A stretch of 64,000 nt of DNA from the NCBI GenBank assembly GCA_963666275.2, contig CAXXOA010000001.1, forward strand, positions 160,001-224,000. Direction: 5' to 3'. Under the pieces are notes generated by a model, which saw nothing but the letters and a program-made list of their open reading frames with translations, was not told where the DNA came from and searched no databases. Below, one piece after another: positions 29,198 to 38,702 of the stretch. The DNA comes from Oceanispirochaeta sp. GTDB lineage: Bacteria; Spirochaetota; Spirochaetia; DSM-2461. A program made the translations under genes and the position numbers. The first letter of the stretch is position 1, and the number at the start of each line of letters is the position of its first letter.

Positions 29198-29815
29198 TTA
29201 TACCTTAATTAAAAGATATACTCCCAGACAGGCAAATACCGGGGAAGCAAAATATTTCTGTAAATGTGTTTTTTTTCCTCTTTTCAATGCTTTGACAATC
29301 TTTTCAGAAAGAGTTGCATAAAGCAGATCAAATAGAAATCCTGTTAGTACAAGAATTAAACCCAGAAGGAAAAACTGGTGAATCAGTGGTATTGACTGGG
29401 AGTAGAGAAACTGGGGCAAAAGAATGCTGCAGAATATTAAAGCTTTTGGATTCAGAATGTTGGTAATGAAGCCATGAAAAATGAATCTTTCTTTTTGGGA
29501 TTCAATTGTGGTTTCAGACTTCTCAAGACGGGCACTTATAGAAAATTGATAAGCCATCCAGAAGAGATACAGAGCTCCTGCTATTCTCACAAAATTATAT
29601 AAGACTGAAACACGGTCAAAGAGGGTCGCCATCCCAAGTCCCGAAGCGAAAACATGAATGAAACGGGCACAGCCAATTCCTATGGCAGTGGATATCCCAG
29701 GTCCTCTACCTCTTTCAGATGAAACTGTCATTACAAGGACCATATCCGGTCCCGGTGTAAGATAGGCTGTAATTAAAGCGGTAAGAAAAAGAAAAAGGGA
29801 CTTCCATTCGATCAT
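29198..29815 (-). CDS. LysE/RhtB-family amino acid exporter
   Basis: TPGPDM, GALYLFWM, NILNPKA. Confidence 0.9.
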   Translation of the reverse strand: MIEWKSLFLFLTALITAYLTPGPDMVLVMTVSSERGRGPGISTAIGIGCARFIHVFASGLGMATLFDRVSVLYNFVRIAGALYLFWMAYQFSISARLEKSETTIESQKERFIFHGFITNILNPKALIFCSILLPQFLYSQSIPLIHQFFLLGLILVLTGFLFDLLYATLSEKIVKALKRGKKTHLQKYFASPVFACLGVYLLIKV

Positions 29816-29949
29816 TTTATTTTTTTCACTCCATTCCAGAAACTAATCAAATTATAGCTGTCCTGGAAAGAAATATCCTTGCTATCTTTTCTTCTGGAGT
29901 TTAAAGTTTGAGAAGAAAACACTAACAAATACATAATATGGAGAAGAAT

Positions 29950-30435
29950 ATGCCACAAGAATCTGTTGATGAGGTTGATGTGACTCTTTTGAGATTTCTC
30001 CAGGAAAATGGGAGGGCTTCTAATGTTCAGATTGCAGACCATCTGAACTTAAGTGAAACTCCAAGTTGGAGACGATTGAAAAGACTTGAAACGGAAAAAA
30101 TTATAGAAGGATATCATGCCACCTTGAACAGGGAGAAACTGGGATTTGATATTCTTGCTTTTGTACAGATCATGTTTTCTGTACACACAGACGATACACC
30201 CAGCCGGTTTGAGGACGCTGTCCAGGAAATACCGGAGATTCTATCCTGTTTTAATGTTACAGGTGATGCGGACTACATGCTTGTTATAGTTGCCGAAAAT
30301 CTCAAATCCTATGAAGCCCTCCTGCGCAAAAAGATCCGCTGTCTGCCGGGAGTCAGATCCCTCAAAACAATCATTAGTATGAGAGAAGTGAAGCATTCAC
30401 AGAATTTACCTCTCTATCCAATCATCTCACCTTAA
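29950..30435 (+). CDS. Lrp/AsnC-family transcriptional regulator
   Basis: LQENGRASNVQIADHLNLSETPSWRRLKRLE; VTGDADY; alternative start at 29938. Confidence 0.9.
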   Translation: MPQESVDEVDVTLLRFLQENGRASNVQIADHLNLSETPSWRRLKRLETEKIIEGYHATLNREKLGFDILAFVQIMFSVHTDDTPSRFEDAVQEIPEILSCFNVTGDADYMLVIVAENLKSYEALLRKKIRCLPGVRSLKTIISMREVKHSQNLPLYPIISP

Positions 30436-30520
30436 TCACCCAGGCAGGAGAGAACAAAAGAGAGCCGAAACGGTAACGTTTTTCCCAGGAAAGAAGACTG
30501 AAGTGCGGCTGGCTGATTGC

Positions 30521-32908
30521 CTAAAGCTTCTGCTCTGTCCTGGCGATGATATCGTTCTGGGTTTCCAGGGAGAGATTGGTAAAGAACGCTGAATACCCGG
30601 CCACCCTGACCACCAGGTCATGGTACTCTTCGGGCTTCTCCTGAGCTGCCAGGAGGGTTTCTTTATCCACAATGTTGTACTGGATATGCCAGCCTTTCAG
30701 ATCATCGAAGAAGCTGTGAAGCATGCCTGCCAGTTTCTCTTTTTTCTCCCGGTTTACAAGGACTGCGGGTGAGAGTTTCTGGTTCAGAAGGACTCCACCC
30801 AGGATCTTTTCTGTGGGCAGTTTGCTTATGCTTTTCATTACCGCTGTAGGGCCTTTCAGGTCCGCTCCCGAAGAGGGAGAGGCTCCTTCCGCCAGGGGCT
30901 GCCAGGCTTTTCTTCCGTCAGGAGTGGCGGGGACCACAGATCCGGCGGGAACATTCCCGGAAATGCTGGAGGTTCCCGCATAGTACCGGCATCCTATGGA
31001 ACCGCTTCCCCGGCGGATCGTATATTTGTCACTGATTTCATCTATGTAGCTGTTATAGGCCTGGACCAGAAGCTGATCCACATAATCTTCGTCGTTGCCG
31101 TATTTGGGAGCGTAGTTTTTCAGAATCAGCCGGAGTTTTTCTCCTGCCGGGCCGGCAAAGTCCGATGCCATGGCTTCCATCAGCTCCTGAGGACTGATCC
31201 TCTTCTCTTCAAAGACAAGTTTTTTAATGGCAGCCAGAGAGTCTCCCAGATTGGCGATCCCCACCTGTAGTCCCGATTCAAAATCGTATTTGCTGCCCCC
31301 CTCGTGGATGGTCAGTCCGGTCTCCAGGCAGTTGTCGGTAAAGGCGGAACAGAGAATGTCCGGGGCTTCATCCCGGAGAACAATGTCTATGGCTGCATCG
31401 ATGGCGATTCCCGCCCGGGCATAGAATCTGACCTGATCATCCCAGGCTTCCATGACCTGTGAGAAGTCGGTAAAGTCGGTGAGCTTTCCTTTCCCTTTAT
31501 GAAACTGCCGACCGCTTACAGGGTCTACCCCGTCATTGATGGCCGCCAGAAAAACCCTCATAAAATTGAGAAAGTGCTTGCCCGTACAGCGGTAACCCCA
31601 TTTGCCGGGAACAGCCGTTTCGATACAGCCGATAGCCGAATAGTCCCAGGCGTCCTCTTCTTCCACGCCCAGTTTCCTGAAGGAGGGAATTACGATGCTG
31701 TCGTTATTGAAGGCAGGCATACCGAAGCCCAGCTGAATCACATTGATGCATTCCTGCAGAAACTCCGGGCTGATTCCCGGATGAAAGCGGACGGACAGGT
31801 TGGGCTGGGTGAGCTTTGTCTCTCCCACAGATTTCAGAATGAGAAAACTCAGATCATTGACCGCATCCGAACCGTCTCTGAGCTGGCCACCGATAGTCAC
31901 ATTCTGATAAAGAGGTCCTCCCGCAGAAAAACGGGTGTGCGACCAGGAGCGGATTTTTTTGATACTCACCAGTTTGAGCCAGGTATTTTCCAGAACTTCC
32001 ATGACAAACTCTTGGTCCAGGATTCCCGCTTCTCTGTCCTTTTTGTAGAAAGGGTAGAGGTACTGATCCATCCGTCCCAGCGAGAGGGAGTGGCCGTTGC
32101 TCTCAATCTGAAGTACCACCTGGAGGAAAAAGGTGAGCTGCAGGGCCTGGTAGAAGGTGTCCGGGGCATCTCCGGCCACAAGTGCACAGTTCCGGGAAAT
32201 CAGTTCCAGCTCCTGTTTCCGGGGCGATCCTGTTTCCTTTTCCGCCGTCTGGGCTGCCAGGGCTGAATAGCGGCGTATATAGGTCTGCAGCGCTTTCACA
32301 GAGATGACCACGGCTCTGTAGAAGTGCTGTTTCCGGATACCCACTTCGCTTATCACGTCCACTTCTGCCAGTTTCTTTTCCGTTTCGGCTATATACCAGT
32401 TCAGTCCTTTGGTGAGAATCGTTCTGAAATCCACGGCTATATGGGCGTCTCCGGAGGTAAGATTGCCTTCGGCTTTGATAATGGCAGTTTCATGGATTGC
32501 CAGGAGGTCTTCCGACATAAGGGCCCGGCCTTTGTCCAGGGTGGTAATGCCGTCCCAGTAATCACAGATTTCCAGGAGTTTCTTCTTGGTTGGCTGATCC
32601 GGATAAAAGGCATCTCCCTGACGTTTTTCAAAGTCATCTATCTCCTTGCGGATCCACTCTACCGCATATTCGGGAAAGATCGGCGCCGCATAGATAGCCG
32701 AGGAGTGGTTGCCCACGATCAGATCTTCCGGTTCTATCTTCTGTGTCATCCCCTCCAGGGTATCTTTCAGGGCATAGGCCCGTTTCATGATCACAGGTTC
32801 GGCCCTGTGTTCCCTGTAGGCTCTGGTATAGAATTCAGCCCTTTCTGTGCATATGGTGGGGCGGGTTTTCAGTATCCTCTCTTTGTAGAGGGCAATCCTT
32901 TCTGTCAT
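30521..32908 (-). CDS. ybiW: Glycyl radical enzyme, YbiW-like (putative 1,5-anhydroglucitol-6-phosphate isomerase)
   Basis: RVAGYSAFF; IGCIETAV; IIKAEGNLTSGDAH, QIESNGHS, PLYQNVTIGG and YYAGTSSIS match recalled E. coli YbiW. Confidence 0.88.
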   Translation of the reverse strand: MTERIALYKERILKTRPTICTERAEFYTRAYREHRAEPVIMKRAYALKDTLEGMTQKIEPEDLIVGNHSSAIYAAPIFPEYAVEWIRKEIDDFEKRQGDAFYPDQPTKKKLLEICDYWDGITTLDKGRALMSEDLLAIHETAIIKAEGNLTSGDAHIAVDFRTILTKGLNWYIAETEKKLAEVDVISEVGIRKQHFYRAVVISVKALQTYIRRYSALAAQTAEKETGSPRKQELELISRNCALVAGDAPDTFYQALQLTFFLQVVLQIESNGHSLSLGRMDQYLYPFYKKDREAGILDQEFVMEVLENTWLKLVSIKKIRSWSHTRFSAGGPLYQNVTIGGQLRDGSDAVNDLSFLILKSVGETKLTQPNLSVRFHPGISPEFLQECINVIQLGFGMPAFNNDSIVIPSFRKLGVEEEDAWDYSAIGCIETAVPGKWGYRCTGKHFLNFMRVFLAAINDGVDPVSGRQFHKGKGKLTDFTDFSQVMEAWDDQVRFYARAGIAIDAAIDIVLRDEAPDILCSAFTDNCLETGLTIHEGGSKYDFESGLQVGIANLGDSLAAIKKLVFEEKRISPQELMEAMASDFAGPAGEKLRLILKNYAPKYGNDEDYVDQLLVQAYNSYIDEISDKYTIRRGSGSIGCRYYAGTSSISGNVPAGSVVPATPDGRKAWQPLAEGASPSSGADLKGPTAVMKSISKLPTEKILGGVLLNQKLSPAVLVNREKKEKLAGMLHSFFDDLKGWHIQYNIVDKETLLAAQEKPEEYHDLVVRVAGYSAFFTNLSLETQNDIIARTEQKL

Positions 32909-32910
32909 AT

Positions 32911-33798
32911 TCAGCCTCCGGCAGTGACGATTAAATCTCTCTCCCGGGCCATGCGCACATAAGGTTCCAGTTCTTCCGCGGGCATGGCTGTTTCGGGATG
33001 GGTATATTCTCTTTTCAGATTTCGGTATTTTCCGGCTCCCAGGGGATGGTACGCCATAAAATCCACGGCATAAACCGCATCCAGGGGCGCCAGAAAATCC
33101 AGAATGGATCCGATGGTTTCCCTGTGGTGATTGAATCCGTCAATCACGGGAATCCGGGCTCTTATGGGAGTTCCTGCGCGGGAGAGCCCTTTCAGGTTTT
33201 CCAGGATCAGATTAAGATCTCCTCCGGTGTGACGGGCGAAGATTTCAGGATCCCTGTGTTTGACATCGCAGAGAAACTCATCTGTCAGGGGTATAAGCTT
33301 TTCAATATTTTCCCAGGGAACATGAAGGCAGGTCTCTATGGACAGGTGGATCTCCTGTTTTCTGACTCCCTCCGCGATTTCCCGGCAGAGGCTGCTCTGC
33401 ATCAGAGGTTCGCCTCCCGAAAGGGTGACGCCGCCCTTTCCTGTGTAGAAAACCCGATCCTTAAGAACCTCCCGGACAATCTCATCTGCCGCTTTTTTTT
33501 CGCCTATAACCTGGAGCGCCCGGGAAGGGCAAATGTCTCTATAGGCTTCAGGATTGCCCGTCTGCCCGGGGAGGAACCTGATTTGATCATTTGCTTTCTG
33601 CATGGGGCCGTCGGGAAAGACAGCGGTACAGTCGGCGCATCCTATACAGAGAGAGCTCTCCCAGGAGAGTTCACTTGTGTATTTCTGGCTTTCCGGATTG
33701 CTGCACCAGCTGCATCTGAGGGGACAGCCTTTCAGAAATACCGTGGTTCTCAACCCGCTTCCGTCATGGAGGGAGTATCTCTGGATATTGAAAATCAC
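32911..33798 (-). CDS. ybiY: Glycyl-radical activating enzyme, YbiY-like
   Basis: IFNIQRYSLHDG, CPLRCSWC, partial ferredoxin insert, GGVTLSGGEP. Confidence 0.88.
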   Translation of the reverse strand: MIFNIQRYSLHDGSGLRTTVFLKGCPLRCSWCSNPESQKYTSELSWESSLCIGCADCTAVFPDGPMQKANDQIRFLPGQTGNPEAYRDICPSRALQVIGEKKAADEIVREVLKDRVFYTGKGGVTLSGGEPLMQSSLCREIAEGVRKQEIHLSIETCLHVPWENIEKLIPLTDEFLCDVKHRDPEIFARHTGGDLNLILENLKGLSRAGTPIRARIPVIDGFNHHRETIGSILDFLAPLDAVYAVDFMAYHPLGAGKYRNLKREYTHPETAMPAEELEPYVRMARERDLIVTAGG

Positions 33799-33834
33799 TC
33801 TTATCTTATCTCCTTGACTCTTATCCTATATATA

Positions 33835-33868
33835 TTTCGAACGAAAGTCAAAATGCTTTGTATCGAAA
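33835..33868. promoter_or_regulatory. Paired palindromic operator (site 5 of 5) between ybiY-like and DeoR genes
   Basis: TTTCGAACGAAA (33835-33846) and TTTGTATCGAAA (33857-33868), 22-bp spacing. Confidence 0.55.
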
Positions 33869-33928
33869 ATAAAGGAAATCCCTAAAAATCCCTTTTGCAA
33901 GGGATAACCCTGCTTTATACTGATACCC

Positions 33929-34672
33929 ATGATTGAACGGCATGAAAAGATTCTTCAACTGATAGAGAGGGAAAAAGATGTTTCTGTGAATGATCTATCT
34001 GAGCAGTGCGGCGTCTCTCTTGTAACAATCAGGAGCGATCTGAGGGCTCTGGAAGAACAGAACCTGCTGATTCGCACCCATGGCGGAGCGTCCCTTCCTT
34101 CGGTGGATGATATCAGCAGGCGCATGGGGATCAATCATAAGGCAAAACAGCGGATTGCCGCTGCCGCCGCCTCCCTTGTGAAAAAAGGCGACACCATTCT
34201 TCTGGAAGCGGGATCCTCCATTGCCCTTATGGCCCGGGAACTGGCTGTAAGGGAGGATATCAATGTCATTACCAACAACGCCTTTGTGGCCAGGCAGTTC
34301 AACGGTTCAAAGGGTATCAATGTGATCCTCCTGGGGGGGAAGTTCCAGCAGGAGAGCGAAACCATGGTGGGCCCTATGATTGCCGAGTATCTGAAATATT
34401 ACAACTTTTCCAAAGTGTTTCTGGGGCTGGACGGATTTACCCTGGATAAGGGCGCCATGTGCCGGGATATGGAGCGGGGAGAGGTAATGAAAGAGTTTAT
34501 CCGGCAGGGCAGGGAGATCTGCTTTCTCTCGGACTCCTCCAAGTTCGGTAAGACCGCCGTGAAAACAGTGTGCCCCCCCGAAGGTATGGATTATCTGATC
34601 ACCGACAGGGATCTGGCTGTGGATTATCGGGAGTATTTCAGGAGTGGGAATGTAGAGCTGTTGTGTCTCTGA
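33929..34672 (+). CDS. DeoR/GlpR-family regulator, second YciT-like paralog
   Basis: VSLVTIRSDL HTH; DDISRRMGIN versus DDISHRMGIN in 3955..4698; DSSKFG. Confidence 0.9.
   Translation: MIERHEKILQLIEREKDVSVNDLSEQCGVSLVTIRSDLRALEEQNLLIRTHGGASLPSVDDISRRMGINHKAKQRIAAAAASLVKKGDTILLEAGSSIALMARELAVREDINVITNNAFVARQFNGSKGINVILLGGKFQQESETMVGPMIAEYLKYYNFSKVFLGLDGFTLDKGAMCRDMERGEVMKEFIRQGREICFLSDSSKFGKTAVKTVCPPEGMDYLITDRDLAVDYREYFRSGNVELLCL
34538..34672 (+). repeat. Direct repeat copy 1 (3' end of the DeoR gene)
   Basis: 34538-34642 matches 43861-43965 with 2 mismatches in 105 bp; a colinear diverged tail runs to the stop. Confidence 0.95.
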
Positions 34673-34733
34673 TATAGTGTAATGATCCACTGGTAAATAT
34701 TCGTAAAATGGGTTTAAAAAAATAAGATTTCAA

Positions 34734-34781
34734 TTGACAAGTCTTGATATCTGACATATTATATGAATGTAAACGTTTTCA
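34734..34781 (+). promoter_or_regulatory. Sigma70 promoter with adjacent LacI-type operator
   Basis: TTGACA (34734-34739), 17 nt, TATTAT (34757-34762); TGTAAACGTTTTCA at 34768-34781. Confidence 0.75.
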
Positions 34782-34948
34782 GTTTTTGTTTACATTTTCT
34801 TCTCAAAGTGTAGCTTGAGATTTTATTTATGGATATAAAATAATGAAATATTAACTGTAATATAATGCCTAAATGGTGTATAATTCAGAGATGATAGGGA
34901 TATTGAGAAATGAATCAGAATTTTCCCTACTTTTTATTTTAGTTAAAA

Positions 34949-34962
34949 TGTAAACGTTTACG
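34949..34962. promoter_or_regulatory. Second LacI-type operator
   Basis: Perfect palindrome GTAAACGTTTAC at 34950-34961. Confidence 0.7.
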
Positions 34963-34979
34963 GTATTTCTGAGGGTTTT

Positions 34980-35981
34980 ATGGATAAAAAAAGGGTTGAT
35001 ATAAGGAATGTTGCCAAAGAAGCTGGAGTCTCGATAGCAACGGTTTCAAGAGTGTTGAACAACACAGAAAAAGTGCGGGAGTCTACCAGAAAAAAGGTTT
35101 TGGAAAGTGTTGAAAAACTTGGGTACAGGCAAAATGCTATTGCAAAGAGTCTGAGGAGTAAAACAACTCAGTATATTGGTATTATAGTTCCAGAAATTGA
35201 GCACGAGTATTTTACTATAATTGCAAAGTGGATAGAAAACCTACTTCAGCAGTATGATTATGGTGTTTTTATAGTTTCTATTGAAGGAAATAATGATAAG
35301 GCTATCTGGTATACGAAACTGTTTTTAGATCATGCGGTTCAGGGAATTGTTTCATTAGTAGATAATGCAGATGTTATCAAACTAATCCAGAAAGCCGGAA
35401 TTCCTCTGGTCATTGCAGACAGAATTGAAAAGGTTGAAGATCTTGGTCATGTCTCGTATGTAGGCAGTGACAACGCAGAGGGCGGTAAAATTGCGGGCTT
35501 TGAGATGGCAAGAAGAAAGGTTAACAAGATTGCAATAATGCGTGATAAGAGAGAAATCCTCAATGTGAATGAGCGGGTAGAGGGGATTCTTTCGGCGTTA
35601 AATGATTCCGGATATCAAAAAGGAAATATACGGATCCTGAATACAAAAATTGACAGGGAGTACATTTCAGAAGTATTGAATAAAAATTATGAACAGTGGC
35701 CTTTTGACGGTTTGATATGTACATCAGATTATATTGCACTCACCGCTATGGCCAGTCTGCTTCATCGGGGATTAAAAATTCCTGAGGATGTCCAAGTGAT
35801 AGGTTATGATGGAATACCTTCGGTTAATTATTTTTATCCAACTTTGTCGACAGTTACTCAAGATCTTCAGGCTATGGGAGAAAAAATTGGTCAGATTATG
35901 CATAAAATGCTGCTTAACAGTAGTTATACTGAGTACTGCAAAATACCGGTTGAGTTCGTGAAAGGCGGATCAATACTCTAA
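34980..35981 (+). CDS. LacI-family transcriptional regulator
   Basis: VAKEAGVSIATVSRVLN; IPEDVQVIGYDG. Confidence 0.93.
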   Translation: MDKKRVDIRNVAKEAGVSIATVSRVLNNTEKVRESTRKKVLESVEKLGYRQNAIAKSLRSKTTQYIGIIVPEIEHEYFTIIAKWIENLLQQYDYGVFIVSIEGNNDKAIWYTKLFLDHAVQGIVSLVDNADVIKLIQKAGIPLVIADRIEKVEDLGHVSYVGSDNAEGGKIAGFEMARRKVNKIAIMRDKREILNVNERVEGILSALNDSGYQKGNIRILNTKIDREYISEVLNKNYEQWPFDGLICTSDYIALTAMASLLHRGLKIPEDVQVIGYDGIPSVNYFYPTLSTVTQDLQAMGEKIGQIMHKMLLNSSYTEYCKIPVEFVKGGSIL

Positions 35982-36065
35982 TTTCAAGATATATCAGACA
36001 TAGTATCTCAATATCGTAATCAATGGTGCGTTATGCGCTATTAAATATTAAGGAGGAAGTTTAAG

Positions 36066-37100
36066 ATGAGTCTTAAAACTGCCAGAATTATTAAAAAACT
36101 AGTTGTTGTTAGTGTTGTCCTGTTGGCGTTTGGATGTACGAAACTTGAAACGGGTCAAAAGCAGGCTGCTTCTGCTGCTCCGGTAGCTGAAGGTGAAAAA
36201 GGTTCCCCTGAGGGGCTGGTAATTGGTGTATCCAACCGAGATATGAATGAGTATTTTGGTACAATTTCCAATGCGATTAAAGCAGAAGGAGAAAAAGCTG
36301 GATTTAAAGTTATTCTGACTGACGCTCAGAATGATTTGACAAAACAGCTTCAGGATTGTGAAGATCTTATGTCTTCAGGCATCGATTTCCTGGTATTCAA
36401 TCCTCAGGATCCTGCTGCGGGAACGCAGATAGTCAAGAAAGCAAATTCCCTTGGGATTCCGGTTATCACATTTGACAGTGGTCTTCAGGGAGAACCAGAA
36501 ATCCTTACTCAGGTGAGAGCTCAGAACTATGAGGGAAGTGTTCTGACTGGTGAATATGCCGGAGAGATTATGGGAGCAGAACCCGTGAAAATGGCTATTG
36601 TCAGCGGTTCTCAGGGAAATGTTGTTTCGCTGGATAGAAGAATGGGGTTTCTTGATGGACTTAATGAATATAGATTGAGAAACTATGGTTCTTCTGACGT
36701 TGAAATTGTTTCCCAGCTGTTTGGTGACTGGAATCAGGAAGGCGGCCGGAATGCCATGGAAGATATCCTCGTCGCCCATCCCGATATCAATATGGTGTAT
36801 GCAGAAAGTGATGCCATGGTTATCGGTATGATCAGAGCCATCAAGAGTGCAAATAAATTGGATCAGATTAAAACATTCAGCTTTGATGGAAATAAATTTG
36901 CCTATAAAGCGATTATGGACGAAGACCTTCTGGCAACAAGTGAAAATAGTCCTTACTTAATCGGTAAAAAAGCAGTTGATATACTGCAGGAGTATGTTGT
37001 TGATGGCAGACGTGCTTTCCCCGGCGTAACATATGTTAGAAAGCTGCTTGTCACCGAGGATAATGCTGCAGACGTGTACGATCCGGATTCTCCTTTCTGA
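36066..37100 (+). CDS. Ribose-family sugar ABC substrate-binding lipoprotein
   Basis: Lipobox LAFGC; DAQNDLTKQLQDCEDL; GIPVITFD. Confidence 0.9.
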   Translation: MSLKTARIIKKLVVVSVVLLAFGCTKLETGQKQAASAAPVAEGEKGSPEGLVIGVSNRDMNEYFGTISNAIKAEGEKAGFKVILTDAQNDLTKQLQDCEDLMSSGIDFLVFNPQDPAAGTQIVKKANSLGIPVITFDSGLQGEPEILTQVRAQNYEGSVLTGEYAGEIMGAEPVKMAIVSGSQGNVVSLDRRMGFLDGLNEYRLRNYGSSDVEIVSQLFGDWNQEGGRNAMEDILVAHPDINMVYAESDAMVIGMIRAIKSANKLDQIKTFSFDGNKFAYKAIMDEDLLATSENSPYLIGKKAVDILQEYVVDGRRAFPGVTYVRKLLVTEDNAADVYDPDSPF

Positions 37101-37178
37101 TTGTATTCAATGATATATGCAGCGGTATGTTTTATATTGCTGCATATGCTCTAATTTTGTCATGGAGAACATTAAGTA

Positions 37179-38702
37179 ATGATTCAGAATGCAATAGAAA
37201 TTGATAAAGTAAATAAGCACTTCGGCGGAATAAAAGCGTTAAACGGAATCACTCTTTCTGTAAGAGAAAATGAATTTCATTCTATTATTGGTGAGAATGG
37301 TGCTGGTAAATCGACACTGATGAAGATCCTTTCAGGGGCCTACAAAAAAGATTCTGGCTTAATCAAAATCTTCGGTAATGAAACTGATATCGGGAATCCG
37401 ATTCTCAGTAGAAAACTGGGTATCGGAATTATTTATCAGGAATTTTCTCTTGCCAATGATCTCAGCATTGCAGAGAATATCTTTCTTGGAAATCTCAGTA
37501 AAGATTCAAATCCTTTAACAATAAATTTCAAAGCTCTCTATAAAAAGTCAAAAGAACTTCTGAACTCACTGGGCTTTGACCTGAATCCTAAAAAACAGGT
37601 AGGCACTCTACCTGTGGCATATCAGCAGATTGTAGAAATTGCCAAGGCATTAAGCCAGGATGCGAAAATTCTTATTCTGGATGAACCGACAGCGGTTCTG
37701 ACAGATCCTGAAATTGACAAATTATTTGAGTTACTCAATCGTTTGAAAGAACAGGGTGTAACAATAATCTATATATCCCACAGACTGGACGAAGTATTCA
37801 AACTTTCAGATAGAGTTTCTGTCTTGAAAGATGGTAATTTCATTGCCACAAAAGAGATCAGTGATATTAACAAAGATATTGCCATCTCTTTAATGACAGG
37901 GCGGGATTTTTCTTCTCTATTTCCTCCTAAGTCTGAGAAAACTCTGGGAGATGAAATCCTTTCAGTAGTCAATCTCTCGGCCAGTAATGGTATCCACAAT
38001 ATTAATCTGAGCCTTCGGAAAGGTGAAATTATCGGACTATCAGGACTTGTGGGTGCTGGAAGAACAGAGTTTGCAAAAGCACTGTTCGGGATTGATAAAA
38101 TCACCTCAGGAACAATCAAAATTAATGGAAAAGAGGCTCTTATAAGGAATATCATTTCAGCCAAAAAATATGGGATTGGACTCATCCCGGAAGATAGAAA
38201 AAAACAGGGGCTTATTCTGGAGATGAGTACAGCAGAGAATATGACGATGGCAAAAATATTTGATGTCCTCAGATTCAAGTTGCTTCTCAATAGTCAAAGG
38301 GAATCCGCCATTACCAGAGAATATATTGAAAAGGTAAAAATAAAAGTTCCCAGTATTAAATCATCAGTGGGATCGTTGTCCGGTGGTAATCAGCAAAAGG
38401 TTGTTATCTCCAAATGGTTAAATACAAACAGCCAGATTCTGATATTGGATGAACCGACAAGAGGTGTGGATGTCGGAGCTAAATACGAAATCTATCAGCT
38501 TATCAACACTCTTGCAGAACAGGGGTTTGGTATCATCTTCATTTCTTCGGAATTACCGGAAATCATAGGTATTTCGGATAGAGTTCTTGTTTTCAATGAG
38601 GGAACAATTTCGGGAGAATTGAATGGTAGTGAAATAACAGAAAAGAGAATTATGGATCTTTCCATACCAACGAGCAGGAAATCAGGAGGAGTCGAAAAAT
38701 GA
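37179..38702 (+). CDS. Sugar ABC transporter ATP-binding protein (RbsA-like)
   Basis: GENGAGKST, DEPT, LSGGNQQK, DEPTRGVDVGAK. Confidence 0.95.
   Translation: MIQNAIEIDKVNKHFGGIKALNGITLSVRENEFHSIIGENGAGKSTLMKILSGAYKKDSGLIKIFGNETDIGNPILSRKLGIGIIYQEFSLANDLSIAENIFLGNLSKDSNPLTINFKALYKKSKELLNSLGFDLNPKKQVGTLPVAYQQIVEIAKALSQDAKILILDEPTAVLTDPEIDKLFELLNRLKEQGVTIIYISHRLDEVFKLSDRVSVLKDGNFIATKEISDINKDIAISLMTGRDFSSLFPPKSEKTLGDEILSVVNLSASNGIHNINLSLRKGEIIGLSGLVGAGRTEFAKALFGIDKITSGTIKINGKEALIRNIISAKKYGIGLIPEDRKKQGLILEMSTAENMTMAKIFDVLRFKLLLNSQRESAITREYIEKVKIKVPSIKSSVGSLSGGNQQKVVISKWLNTNSQILILDEPTRGVDVGAKYEIYQLINTLAEQGFGIIFISSELPEIIGISDRVLVFNEGTISGELNGSEITEKRIMDLSIPTSRKSGGVEK

Noticed and set aside
23155..32908. 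Calling the GREs pyruvate formate-lyase, or part of a microcompartment locus
   Set aside because: Both have single-Cys GCVE/GCIE loops rather than the PFL Cys-Cys pair, and there are no BMC shell genes
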